Assembly (NCBI GenBank): GCA_965247115.1
Contig: CBDFGR010000003.1
Location: 736,001 to 800,000, forward strand
From: Myxococcota bacterium
GTDB taxonomy: Bacteria > Myxococcota_A > UBA9160 > SZUA-336
DNA length: 64,000 nucleotides
Direction of reading: 5' to 3'
Part shown: in pieces, positions 10,128-19,449 of the stretch
How the letters are laid out: every line of letters begins with the position of its first letter
Position numbering within the stretch: position 1 is the stretch's first letter
Notes under the pieces: generated by a model
What the model was told of the DNA's origin: nothing
What the model saw: the letters and a program-made list of their open reading frames with translations, nothing else
Databases searched by the model: none
Program-made: the position numbers and the translations under genes

Positions 10128-11189
10128 TCAGAACCCCGCGCGCGGAACCTCTAGGGCACCGGTTTCGATCGCGTGGACGAGACTGCCCACCCGCTCCCAA
10201 ACCGGGGCAGGCACACGGGCTCGCAGCGCCTCGTTCCAGGCAATCGCGACGACCTGGTCACGAAGCCCGAAGCGGATGGAACGTGCCAGGAAAGTCTCGG
10301 ATTTGACCTCCTCTGCGACAAGCAGCAGCGCCTGCGGAACGTCCAGGACGGCCGACGCGAGCACAGAGTTCGGCGCCAGGGCGTTCTGATCCTTGTTCGT
10401 CCCGAAGGCGAGCACTCCCGGTCGCTCCTCCACGGCCTTGAAGAAGCCATGCGCCGCCTCGTTCGCGTTGTGGATCAGCACGTCGGCACCCTCTTCGATC
10501 ATCGCGCGGGTGGCCTCCCTGGCGGCTGCGACGTCGGTCCAGCTCCCGATGTAGGACACAGTCAGGTTCGCTCCCGTTCCCGCAGCCCTGGCCCCCGCCT
10601 CGAAGGCGCTGAAGGTGCTCGCCACCGAAGGGATCTTGATGCCACCGAGCGCACCCATGCGCGCCTCGCGCGAGAGCGACGCGCCGACGTAGCCGAGCAC
10701 GTACGTCGCCTGTTCCAATTCGAACACGATCGGTGCCAGATTCGGTTTGATCGTGGAGCCGCTGGTCGTGATGAAGACCGTCCCCGGATACTCCTCCGAG
10801 ACTATCGCGGCGGCGTCCTGGAACTCGAAGCCGTGTCCGAACACGAGACCGAAGCCGCGGGCGGCGAAATCCCGAAAGCCCGCCTCGAACTCCTGGGGTG
10901 TGCGGGTCTCCTGGTGGGCAACCTCCGCGTCGAGCTCATCGCGGATGCGGATCAGGCCCTCGTAAGCGCCCTGGTTCCAGCCGCCGTCCCGGATGGAGCC
11001 GGGCGTGAGGAGTGCAACCCGAAAGGCATCGGGATTCGGGGGATCACTTGGAACGCAGGCGGCAACGATCGCCAACAGGAGCGACGCACCCAGCCACCCG
11101 CTCCTCGTTTGCCTCTGGCGCTGCTTTCGACACACGCACGCTCGCTCGGGGCCGGCCTTCGCTGCGCGCGCCGCTTTCACGGCGCGCAC
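10128..11189 (-). CDS. BMP family ABC substrate-binding lipoprotein
   Basis: DGGWNQGAYEG, GHGFEF, lipobox VAAC; start uncertain. Confidence 0.9.
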   Translation of the reverse strand: MRAVKAARAAKAGPERACVCRKQRQRQTRSGWLGASLLLAIVAACVPSDPPNPDAFRVALLTPGSIRDGGWNQGAYEGLIRIRDELDAEVAHQETRTPQEFEAGFRDFAARGFGLVFGHGFEFQDAAAIVSEEYPGTVFITTSGSTIKPNLAPIVFELEQATYVLGYVGASLSREARMGALGGIKIPSVASTFSAFEAGARAAGTGANLTVSYIGSWTDVAAAREATRAMIEEGADVLIHNANEAAHGFFKAVEERPGVLAFGTNKDQNALAPNSVLASAVLDVPQALLLVAEEVKSETFLARSIRFGLRDQVVAIAWNEALRARVPAPVWERVGSLVHAIETGALEVPRAGF

Positions 11190-11245
11190 TATATCGGGAC
11201 CTCGATGGCGAGAAAAGCGCGGGTATCATCCTGGGCCGGTAGAGA

Positions 11246-11980
11246 GTGCTGAAGCTCGACACACCCCTTCATACGGTCACCTTCGACTGCTGGGAGACGC
11301 TGATCTTCCAGCCGGATCCCCCCGCCTCTGGTGCCAGGCGCGCGTCCCTGCTCGCACGGATGGTACGGGACGCGGGCCACGCGGTCTCGGAGGCGAGTGC
11401 CACGAACGCGCTCGACCTTGGCTGGGCCCGCCACTATCAGACCTGGCGCAGCGGCGGCTCCAGCGGCGCCCCCGAGATCGTGGCATTCGCACTGGCCAGC
11501 CTCGACGTGGCCGATCGGGGCCTGGCCGAGAAGATCGCCTCGGCCATCCAGGAGGTCGCGCTCGGCGAGGACATTTTGGTCGTCGACGGAGCGCGACAGA
11601 GCCTGGAATGGCTGGCCGAGCGGGGGATTCGTCGCGCGCTGATCTGTGACACGGGCTTCACGCCCGGACCTGTCGTGGCCAAGCTGCTCGAGCGCGTGGG
11701 TCTCCGGGATCTGCTCGAGACGCTGATCTTCTCGGACGAGGTAGGCGTGCCCAAGCCCGATGCGCGCATGTTCCACGCCGCGCTCGAAGCGCTCGGATCG
11801 CGGCCCGCGGGAGCCGTCCATGTGGGTGACCTGCGCAGCACCGACATCGCCGGTGCCCGAGCGGTCGGGATGAGCTCCGTCCGGCTGCGCTGGCGCCACG
11901 ACGACAGCGAAGACCTGCCGGATGGTGACGCCGTCGCCGACTCGCACGCACACCTGCTGGAGATCCTGGGCTCACAGTAG
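11246..11980 (+). CDS. HAD family hydrolase
   Basis: FDCWETL, KPDARMF, HVGD...DIAGA. Confidence 0.9.
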   Translation: MLKLDTPLHTVTFDCWETLIFQPDPPASGARRASLLARMVRDAGHAVSEASATNALDLGWARHYQTWRSGGSSGAPEIVAFALASLDVADRGLAEKIASAIQEVALGEDILVVDGARQSLEWLAERGIRRALICDTGFTPGPVVAKLLERVGLRDLLETLIFSDEVGVPKPDARMFHAALEALGSRPAGAVHVGDLRSTDIAGARAVGMSSVRLRWRHDDSEDLPDGDAVADSHAHLLEILGSQ

Positions 11981-12814
11981 ACGATCGATCTCGTCCACCA
12001 GGCTGAGAACGTGAAGGATGCGTTCGTCGGAGACGTACCCGCGAGCACCGGAGCGGATGCGGGAGACGAAGCAGTCCAGGTCGCGAGCGAACAAGCCGCC
12101 GGGCGGAGCCGTCGCCGGGCTCAGCAGGCTGCCGCGCTCGCAGCGGATATCCCAGCTCGTTTCACGCGAAAGCCCGGGCGCACGCTCCTCGATCAGGAGC
12201 ACCCCTCCGCCGGCTCCAAAGCGCAGCTCCACCTCGAGGCGATAGCCAGCGTCGCGTGGGGTCTCGAAGCGGGCGGCCTCGGCACGAGCTCGGCCGAAGA
12301 GGTCCACCAGCCGGTGTAGCCGTGCCAGTGCGCGCAGGGCGGGGGATCCGGCGAGCGATGCGTCTCCGATCCACCCCTCGCTCGACCCGCGGAAGTGCAG
12401 ACTGCCCCCCCGAGGGCGACCCAGCGGACGGGCCAGCTCGCGCAGCCGCGCCTGCGCGGGCGACAGCAGCTCGATGTGCGCCACATGCAGGACCCGCTGC
12501 CGCGCCCGCGCCAGCTCGAAGAGGGCGCCCCCCTCGGAGTTGCTGGAGGCGAGTGGATACTCGACGGCGACGTGCTTGCCGGCCTCCAGCGCCGCCTGCG
12601 CAGCCTGTCCGTGAAGGAGATTCGGCGTGCATAGCATGAGCGCATCGATCGAGGGATCCGCGAGCAGCGACTCGAGAGTCGGCTGGTCCGCCTCGGGCTC
12701 CCGCGGGACGACGGCCGCGAGCTGCGTGTCTCCGTGCTCCTCGAGAGCCCGCAACCGGGCACGGCCCGCCCGGCCGGGCCCGATCAGCGCAACGGCGATC
12801 GGCGAATCCGTCAA
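11972..12814 (-). CDS. Gfo/Idh/MocA oxidoreductase, biliverdin reductase-like
   Basis: GPGRAG, CTPNLLH, AGKHVAVEYPLA, HVAHIELL; probable TTG start 12814. Confidence 0.8.
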   Translation of the reverse strand: MTDSPIAVALIGPGRAGRARLRALEEHGDTQLAAVVPREPEADQPTLESLLADPSIDALMLCTPNLLHGQAAQAALEAGKHVAVEYPLASSNSEGGALFELARARQRVLHVAHIELLSPAQARLRELARPLGRPRGGSLHFRGSSEGWIGDASLAGSPALRALARLHRLVDLFGRARAEAARFETPRDAGYRLEVELRFGAGGGVLLIEERAPGLSRETSWDIRCERGSLLSPATAPPGGLFARDLDCFVSRIRSGARGYVSDERILHVLSLVDEIDRLL

Positions 12815-12818
12815 ACCG

Positions 12819-13475
12819 TCAGGGGAGCTTGCGCACGAGCGTGAGGCCGTCGGAAACGGCGAGCATGACCGACTGCACGCGCGCATCGTTCGCGATCCGA
12901 TCGTTCAGCGCTCGGATCGCGAGGGTGCTCGGATCGTCGTATTCGGGCAGCACGACGCGTCCACCCCAGAACACGTTGTCGAGTGCGATCAGACCTCCTG
13001 GACGCAGGCGACGCAGGGTCTCCTCGTAGTAGGCCCCCTGGTTCTCCTTGTCCGCGTCGACGAAGACGAAGTCGAAGGCCTCCTCGGTGGGAAGTGAACG
13101 GAGGGTTACGAGCGCCGGACCGAGGCGGAGCTCGATCCGATCGGAGAGTCCGGCCTGCTTCCAGAAGCGACGTGCGATCGAGGTGAACTCCTCGCTCACG
13201 TCACAGGCGAGAAGACGACCCTCCGGCGGCAGCGCCCTGGCCATGCAGAGGGCGCTGTAGCCGGTGAAAGTCCCCACCTCGAGTACACGACGCGCTCCGG
13301 TCGCGGCGACCAGCAGCCCGAGCAAGGTGCCCTGCTCTGCAGCCACCTGCATACGCGCCAGGCTGCCGGTCTTCGCTTCCGTCTCGCGCCGCAGCTCCGA
13401 CAGGATCGCGTCGTCCGGCGTCCGGTGTGCAACCTGGTACTCATGCAGCGTCTCGTCGACGCGAGTGATCTTCAA
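12819..13475 (-). CDS. SAM-dependent O-methyltransferase (caffeoyl-CoA OMT family)
   Basis: LEVGTFTGYS, FVDADK, DNVFWGG. Confidence 0.92.
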   Translation of the reverse strand: MKITRVDETLHEYQVAHRTPDDAILSELRRETEAKTGSLARMQVAAEQGTLLGLLVAATGARRVLEVGTFTGYSALCMARALPPEGRLLACDVSEEFTSIARRFWKQAGLSDRIELRLGPALVTLRSLPTEEAFDFVFVDADKENQGAYYEETLRRLRPGGLIALDNVFWGGRVVLPEYDDPSTLAIRALNDRIANDARVQSVMLAVSDGLTLVRKLP

Positions 13476-13566
13476 CCTGAGCCTCCCCTGACGACTCTCC
13501 CGGCAACCACCGACGAAACAGCGAGCGATCTCATGACGCCACTGCTAGTATCACTCCACTCTCGAC

Positions 13567-14244
13567 ATGGGGAGACCCGCAATGGCAACGCGTAAGAAGA
13601 CTACGAAGAAAGCCACGCGGAAGAAAGCTGCCTCGAAGGCGTCGCCTCGCAAGAGGGCCGCGCAATCGGGACCCAAGGCAGGGGCCAAACAAAAGGCGGG
13701 CGGGCGCGTGACGCAGAAGCTCACGCCGGCCGAGGCTCTTGCCCGCAGGATCGTGCGGCTCGCAAACCAGCCAGGAAAACTGGATCTCACCGAGACCTAC
13801 GCGGAGGCCTGCGTCTCGCGCGAGCCACAGGGACCCCCGGTCTCCGGGATCGCCGGGTTGCGCGAGAAGTACGCGGACTGGGGGTCCATCGTCGAGAGTC
13901 AGCGCTGGACCGCGAAAAACACGTTCGTGAAAGGCAACCGGATCTGCATCGAGTGGCACTGCGACATGACGCTGCAGGACGGTCGCGAGCTCGCGCTCGA
14001 AGAGGTCGCGCTGCACGAGGTACGCGGCGGCAAGATCGTCTCCGAGCGCTACTACTACGATCCGAGCGTGCTGGACGCACCGGCGGAGGCGGAGGCTGCT
14101 CCGACCCCAGAGGAAGCTCCGACCCAGGTGCTCCCGGCTGCGAGCCCCGACGAGGCCCCGGAGCTGGCCGCAGAGCTGGCCGCTCCAGCTCCGGAGGAGA
14201 CGATTGTGCCGGGGACTTCGCCCCTGGACCCCCTGGATCTCTAG
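13567..14244 (+). CDS. SnoaL/NTF2-like protein with Lys/Ala-rich N-terminus and acidic Pro-rich tail
   Basis: EEVALHEVRGGKIVSERYYY SnoaL-type C-terminal strands; KKA repeats. Confidence 0.75.
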   Translation: MGRPAMATRKKTTKKATRKKAASKASPRKRAAQSGPKAGAKQKAGGRVTQKLTPAEALARRIVRLANQPGKLDLTETYAEACVSREPQGPPVSGIAGLREKYADWGSIVESQRWTAKNTFVKGNRICIEWHCDMTLQDGRELALEEVALHEVRGGKIVSERYYYDPSVLDAPAEAEAAPTPEEAPTQVLPAASPDEAPELAAELAAPAPEETIVPGTSPLDPLDL

Positions 14245-15245
14245 CCGCGCGGAGCCCCCACCCCGCACGCGTCCTTCACGGCCTCCAGTAGCGGGATGGC
14301 TCGCTCGCGCGCGCGTTGCGCGCCGTCGCGCAGCACGTCTTCGACAGCATCGAGGTCTTGTTCGAGCTCCTCGCGCCGCGCGCGCGCAGGACCGAAGTAT
14401 TCGAGCAGCCGCGCCACGATGTCCTGCTTGAGATCTCCGTAGCCCACGCCGCCCTTGCGGAAGCGAGCTGCCATCTCGAGCTTCTCCTGCTCGCTCGCGA
14501 ACAGACACCATATTGCGTAGGCGTGCGAGGTATCCGGGTCCTTCGAGCACTCGACCGGAGTGGAGTCGCTCACGATCCGCATGACCTGCTTCTTCAGCAT
14601 CTTCTCGGCCGCGAACATCTCGATACCGTTTTTGTAGGACTTGCTCATCTTGCGTCCGTCCGTGCCCGGGACGATCGCGACCTCCTTTTGGATGTACGCC
14701 TCTGGAAGGTGCAGGACCTCGCGGTGGGTCTGGTTGAACTTGGCGGCGATGTCGCGCGTAACCTCGATGTGCTGCTTCTGGTCCTGGCCTACGGGAACAA
14801 GATCCGCCGAATGAATCAGAATGTCGGCCGCCATGAGAACGGGGTACGCGAAGAGACCCAGGTCCGGCTTGTCCCCCGCCGCGACCGCGTCCTTGTAGGC
14901 GTGGCACCGAGCGAGCAGCCCCATCGGCGTGACGGTGCCGAGGATCCAGCCGAGCTCGGTGACTTCGGGTAGGTCGCTCTGCCGGTAGAGGATCGAGCGC
15001 TCCGGGTCCAGCCCGAGTGCGAGATAGTCGAGCGCCACCCCCCAGCTGAGGGCCCGCAGCCGCTCCGCGTCGCGAATCGAGTTGAGGGTGTGCAGGTCGG
15101 CAATGAAGTAGGCGGCTTCGTTCGCGTCCTGCAGAGCGATGTACTGGCGGATGGCTCCGAAGTAGTTCCCGATGTGAAGCACGCCGGTCGGCTGTGATCC
15201 CGACAGCACGCGCTTGCCTGTCGGCGCCTCCGCTGCCTCCGTCAT
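14241..15245 (-). CDS. trpS: Tryptophan--tRNA ligase
   Basis: HIGN, YPVLMAADIL, VPVGQDQKQH, KMSKS. Confidence 0.97.
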   Translation of the reverse strand: MTEAAEAPTGKRVLSGSQPTGVLHIGNYFGAIRQYIALQDANEAAYFIADLHTLNSIRDAERLRALSWGVALDYLALGLDPERSILYRQSDLPEVTELGWILGTVTPMGLLARCHAYKDAVAAGDKPDLGLFAYPVLMAADILIHSADLVPVGQDQKQHIEVTRDIAAKFNQTHREVLHLPEAYIQKEVAIVPGTDGRKMSKSYKNGIEMFAAEKMLKKQVMRIVSDSTPVECSKDPDTSHAYAIWCLFASEQEKLEMAARFRKGGVGYGDLKQDIVARLLEYFGPARARREELEQDLDAVEDVLRDGAQRARERAIPLLEAVKDACGVGAPRG

Positions 15246-15254
15246 CCTCTCATC

Positions 15255-16175
15255 TCAGATTTTCTGCAGCCACTTTGGAGAGAAGCGCAGATCCTCGCCC
15301 GCGAGCATGCGCTCGAATCGTCCCATCAACTGCTTGCTGACCGGCCCCGGCACGGGCGTCGGAAGAGACGTCTCGTCGATCCGTTCGATCGGCCAGATGT
15401 TCGTCGTGGTTCCGGTCAGAAACGCCTCATCGGCGGCCTCGATCAGCCGTCGGGGCAATGTCTCCACCTTGACGTCGAAGCCCTCGTCCCTCGCGAGATC
15501 GATCACGGCCCGCCGCGTGATTCCGGCAAGCACAACGTCGAGCGGAGCGGTTCGCAGTACGTTCTCGCAAACGACAAAGAAGCTCTGCGTCGACGACTCT
15601 GCCAGGTCACCGCTCTCGTCCAGCAACAAGACGTCGTGAAACCCGTCCGTGCGCGCCTGCCTCTTTGCAACGGCGGCCGCGGTGTACCCGGCCGCGATCT
15701 TCACCTGTGGCGACAGGACCGAAGAGGGCATCTTCCGAGTCCGGGCGACCTGCAGGCGCGCCGTGGGCGACCTCCCCAGCTTCGAGTCCGGATCGACGTC
15801 GGCAAACGAGAGAGCCGCGATGGCGACACTCGCGCGAGTGTCCAGCGGCAGCACATCGAGCGCGACCCCGCGGTGGTATGCGCTCAGCTTGACGACCTCG
15901 CAGCCAGGGTTCGCATGCACAACCGCGCCGATCCCTTCGAGGAGACCGTCCAGATCGATGCTGAGATCCATCTGGTTGAGACGCGCGGAGTTCAGAAAGC
16001 GCTCGGCGTGTTCGCTCAGACCGAAGATCGCGATGCCTGCGTCGGTCTCGTAAACGGGCATCACGTCGAACACCAGGCTTCCCCGCTGAATCGACTGGGA
16101 GAGTACGTGGACGGTCGCCTCGACCCAGGGGACGAGCTCGCCGTCGAGCCAGATCTTGCGGGCTTCGAGCGCCAT
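15255..16175 (-). CDS. Class IV aminotransferase (branched-chain type, IlvE-like)
   Basis: IWLDGELVPW, K...Y PLP region, LAGITR, EAFLTGT. Confidence 0.88.
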   Translation of the reverse strand: MALEARKIWLDGELVPWVEATVHVLSQSIQRGSLVFDVMPVYETDAGIAIFGLSEHAERFLNSARLNQMDLSIDLDGLLEGIGAVVHANPGCEVVKLSAYHRGVALDVLPLDTRASVAIAALSFADVDPDSKLGRSPTARLQVARTRKMPSSVLSPQVKIAAGYTAAAVAKRQARTDGFHDVLLLDESGDLAESSTQSFFVVCENVLRTAPLDVVLAGITRRAVIDLARDEGFDVKVETLPRRLIEAADEAFLTGTTTNIWPIERIDETSLPTPVPGPVSKQLMGRFERMLAGEDLRFSPKWLQKI

Positions 16176-16305
16176 GGTCGGCCGAGTGTAACGTCTCTTG
16201 CGGGGGAGTTCCTGCTCAGGAATGCCAGCGAGCTTGCGGAACAGAACGCGTTCTCCGAGCTTCCAAACCCCGGGTTGTGTAGGCTATCCTCCACTGGCGA
16301 GGGGG

Positions 16306-17247
16306 GTGGACACGTTGAAGCAGCCCTACGTGCTCGTGAACGCGCTCGCAGCCCGGGTGGCGCGCGATCTCGAGCTGCTGAACAGCGTGAGACGCCTGGT
16401 TCCGAGTGACAGGCTGGGCGTCACGCACAGTCCCCACGAAGTCGATGCGGCCGTGCGGGACGCGGCAGCGGCTGGCGTCGACACTCTCGTCATCGTCGGA
16501 GGAGACGGCAGCATCACCGCCACCCTGACCCCCTTGCTGCGCAGCTGGCGCGAAGGGGAGCTCCCGAGCCTCGTGCTGGCGGGTGGCGGGCGCCGGAACG
16601 CGATCGCGCGGGCACTCGGGACTCGCGGGACACCCGATGAGGTCCTGGCACGACTCATTGCAGAAGAGCAGCCGCCAGAGACCGTCTTCCGACGCGTCCT
16701 GCGTATCCAGCCGGCGGCGCTCGGAACACGCTACGGACTGACCTTGTGCGTGGGCCTGCCGGCGCGCTGGCTCGCGGAGTCCACACGCACGTCCGGACGG
16801 GGTCTCGCAGGAGGCCTGTTCGTGACCACGCGCGCCCTCTCCTCCGCACTCCTCGGCGGCCAGCTGGCACGAGAGCTCGCCGCTCCGATCGAAGCGGAGC
16901 TCCGCGTCGACGGCGAGCCAAGCGTGACGGAGTCCATCGCCGGGCTCGTGGCCGGAACCATCGAAGAGCTCGGCTTGCCCGCGAGCCCGCTCTCGTCGAC
17001 GCCGCCAGACTCCGACCGCTTCTCGTTCGCCCTCAGCAGGGCGGGGACCGCGCGTGCGGGACTCGCGTCGGCCCTGCTCGGCCTCGGTCTTCCCCCGATC
17101 TCTGACACGATCGAGAGACAGCAGGTACGATCGCTCGAGCTTCGCTTCGCCGATCGCGCCGCATACGCCGTCGACACGGACGCCTTCCCCGCAACGGGGC
17201 TGCTCAGCGTGGAACTCGGACCAGCGCTCCGCTTCCTCTGTCCTTGA
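16306..17247 (+). CDS. Diacylglycerol kinase family protein (divergent)
   Basis: VGGDGS, GGGRRNAIAR; start 16306 or 16315. Confidence 0.75.
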   Translation: MDTLKQPYVLVNALAARVARDLELLNSVRRLVPSDRLGVTHSPHEVDAAVRDAAAAGVDTLVIVGGDGSITATLTPLLRSWREGELPSLVLAGGGRRNAIARALGTRGTPDEVLARLIAEEQPPETVFRRVLRIQPAALGTRYGLTLCVGLPARWLAESTRTSGRGLAGGLFVTTRALSSALLGGQLARELAAPIEAELRVDGEPSVTESIAGLVAGTIEELGLPASPLSSTPPDSDRFSFALSRAGTARAGLASALLGLGLPPISDTIERQQVRSLELRFADRAAYAVDTDAFPATGLLSVELGPALRFLCP

Positions 17248-18179
17248 CGGGGCCGCACCGCATCGGAGTGCTGGTCAACATGCGTGCGCGCGCGCCCCGC
17301 CGCGATCCACAGCTGGTCGAACGTCTGCGTGCGATGCTCGGACACGAGAGCGTGAGGGCGACGCACAAGCTCGAGGAGATGGGCGACGCGCTACGCGACT
17401 TCCAAGAGCGCTGTGTGGAGACGCTGGTCCTCGTCGGCGGTGACGGCACGGTCGGCGTCACCCTGACTCGTGCGGTCGAGCTGTGGGCGTCCGATCTGCT
17501 TCCCCGAGTCGCACTCGCTGGCGGCGGCACGGTCTCCACACTTGCAAAGTCCTTCCGAGCACGAGGCGATCCCGATCGCACCATCCGGCGCCTGCTCGAG
17601 CGAAACCCCACGGAGCGCTGCCGTCCGCTGGTCGGGGTCCAGGCGCAGGGTCGTGCCCTCCGCTACGGAATGATCTTCGCAATGGGTGGGGCGACCCGCT
17701 TCCTCGAGCGCTACTACAACGAGGGCGGCCGCGGGGCTGCCGCTGCGGCCGCAGCCGTGCTCCAGGTGCTGGGCTCTTCCGCGCTTGGCGGTCCGCTCTC
17801 GAGACAGATCTTCGAGGCGATCCGCACGCACGTCGAGGTCGACGGCAAGGCCTTGGATCTGAACACGGTGACCCTCCTCGGAGCCTCCACCGTGCGCGAC
17901 GTTGGTCTCGGCTTCCGACCCTTTGCGAGCGCTGGGTCGGACCCGTCGCGCATCCACTTTCTGGCTGGCAACGTGTCAGGGACGCGTCTCGCCGCGGAGC
18001 TTCCAGCCCTCCGCCTGGGGCGATCCGCCCGAACGTCCTGCTTCACCCACGCGAGCGCAGCAAGAGTGGCTCTTCACTTCGAAGCCCCCCAACCATGGAG
18101 CTTGGACGCAGAGCTCTACCCGCCGGCCTCCGAGCTGGAGATCTTTGCGGGTCCGACCGTGCGCTTCCTCGAGCCGTAA
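17244..18179 (+). CDS. Diacylglycerol kinase family protein
   Basis: VGGDGT, GGGTVSTLA; tandem paralog overlapping the previous stop. Confidence 0.8.
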   Translation: MTGPHRIGVLVNMRARAPRRDPQLVERLRAMLGHESVRATHKLEEMGDALRDFQERCVETLVLVGGDGTVGVTLTRAVELWASDLLPRVALAGGGTVSTLAKSFRARGDPDRTIRRLLERNPTERCRPLVGVQAQGRALRYGMIFAMGGATRFLERYYNEGGRGAAAAAAAVLQVLGSSALGGPLSRQIFEAIRTHVEVDGKALDLNTVTLLGASTVRDVGLGFRPFASAGSDPSRIHFLAGNVSGTRLAAELPALRLGRSARTSCFTHASAARVALHFEAPQPWSLDAELYPPASELEIFAGPTVRFLEP

Positions 18180-18218
18180 CCGTCAGATGAGACCCTCTTC
18201 TCGCTAGCGGCAAGCAGC

Positions 18219-19397
18219 GTGTCGATTTCGACGATTGCCCGTCCATTCTTCCTGACGGCGCCGCTGGCTCTTCTTGGCGCTGGGCTGCTCCTCACCATCG
18301 AGGGAGATGTTGCGTTCCGGTCCAGCTGGGACCCCGTGACGCTCGCACTCGCGCACCTGGGAACGCTCGGATTCCTGGCACTCGTCATGCTCGGCCTCGC
18401 CTACCAGGTGATCGCCTCGCTCACGAAATCCCCACCTTCCTCACGCCTTGCTTACGCGGTGAACGCACTGCTGGTGCTGGGCATCATCTCGCTCGTCTGG
18501 AGCCTGCGCGCGAACGCAACCTGGTCAGTGCTCACATCCCTCTCCGCTCTGGGGCTCGGGCTGATCGGCTTCATCGTGCCAGGCGCCCTGTCGCTACGTC
18601 CGCGCTGGCGAGAGACCCTGCCAGCGGCCCTGCTTCTCGCTCTGGTGAGCTTGCTCGTTACGGCCTTCCTGGGTCTGTGGATGCTGCACGGGCACGGGGG
18701 GATGAGCTTTCCCGGACCGCGTGGGCTCTGGGTTCAGGTCCACCTGTGCGTCGGTCTCCTGGGCTGGGTCGGGTGCCTGCAGACCGCGCTCTGCTGGCAC
18801 CTGCTGCTCGTCACACGTCCGCGCGCGGGCACGGAAGAGCGCGCTGCACGCGTCGGCCTGGCGCTGGTCGGCGTCGGTGTCCTGCTGGCCATCCTTGTCC
18901 TCGTCCTCGATTGGCTCGACGTCTTGCGCGCAGCAGGTATCTCCGGGCGCGGGCTTGCCTTCGTGGCCGTCCTTCCTGCTGCGGCGGCCGTCTGGACGCT
19001 GCAACCGCTGCAGAACCTGCGTCGTCTCTCCGGGGGCGGTCCACCGGATCTCAAGGGCGCCACCCTGTTTCTGAAAACGGGCTTCGCCCTTTCCCCCCTG
19101 ACCGGCCTCGCTGCGCTCACTGCGGCACTCGCCGACGAGGGACCCTGGGGTCTCCTACTCGGATGGTTGGGGATCTGGGGCTGGGCGGGCCTGCTCGCGC
19201 ACGGGCTGCTGCTGCACGCATCCGCGCGTCCGGGTTCTACTCCGACAGGCGTTCCGTTGAGCTTTGGTCTCCACCTCGCCTCGCTGATCGCGGGAGCCAC
19301 GGCGATCGCCACCGGGATCCCGTGGCTCGTTCGCGGTACCGGACTGCTCCTCGTCGCGACCGCATTCAATCTGGGGCGCCGCCAGCTTCGTCTCTGA
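18219..19397 (+). CDS. Polytopic membrane protein with conserved-looking His residues
   Basis: About 11-12 hydrophobic segments; ALAHLGTLG, QVHLCVGLLGW. Confidence 0.65.
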   Translation: MSISTIARPFFLTAPLALLGAGLLLTIEGDVAFRSSWDPVTLALAHLGTLGFLALVMLGLAYQVIASLTKSPPSSRLAYAVNALLVLGIISLVWSLRANATWSVLTSLSALGLGLIGFIVPGALSLRPRWRETLPAALLLALVSLLVTAFLGLWMLHGHGGMSFPGPRGLWVQVHLCVGLLGWVGCLQTALCWHLLLVTRPRAGTEERAARVGLALVGVGVLLAILVLVLDWLDVLRAAGISGRGLAFVAVLPAAAAVWTLQPLQNLRRLSGGGPPDLKGATLFLKTGFALSPLTGLAALTAALADEGPWGLLLGWLGIWGWAGLLAHGLLLHASARPGSTPTGVPLSFGLHLASLIAGATAIATGIPWLVRGTGLLLVATAFNLGRRQLRL

Positions 19398-19449
19398 CGC
19401 CGGTCCTACCGAGGGGAGCACTTCGACTACACGCCCTGAGGCGGATGGG

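Noticed and set aside
13582..13700. Stand-alone histone-like gene
   Set aside because: The Lys/Ala-rich stretch is an in-frame low-complexity extension of the SnoaL-like protein.
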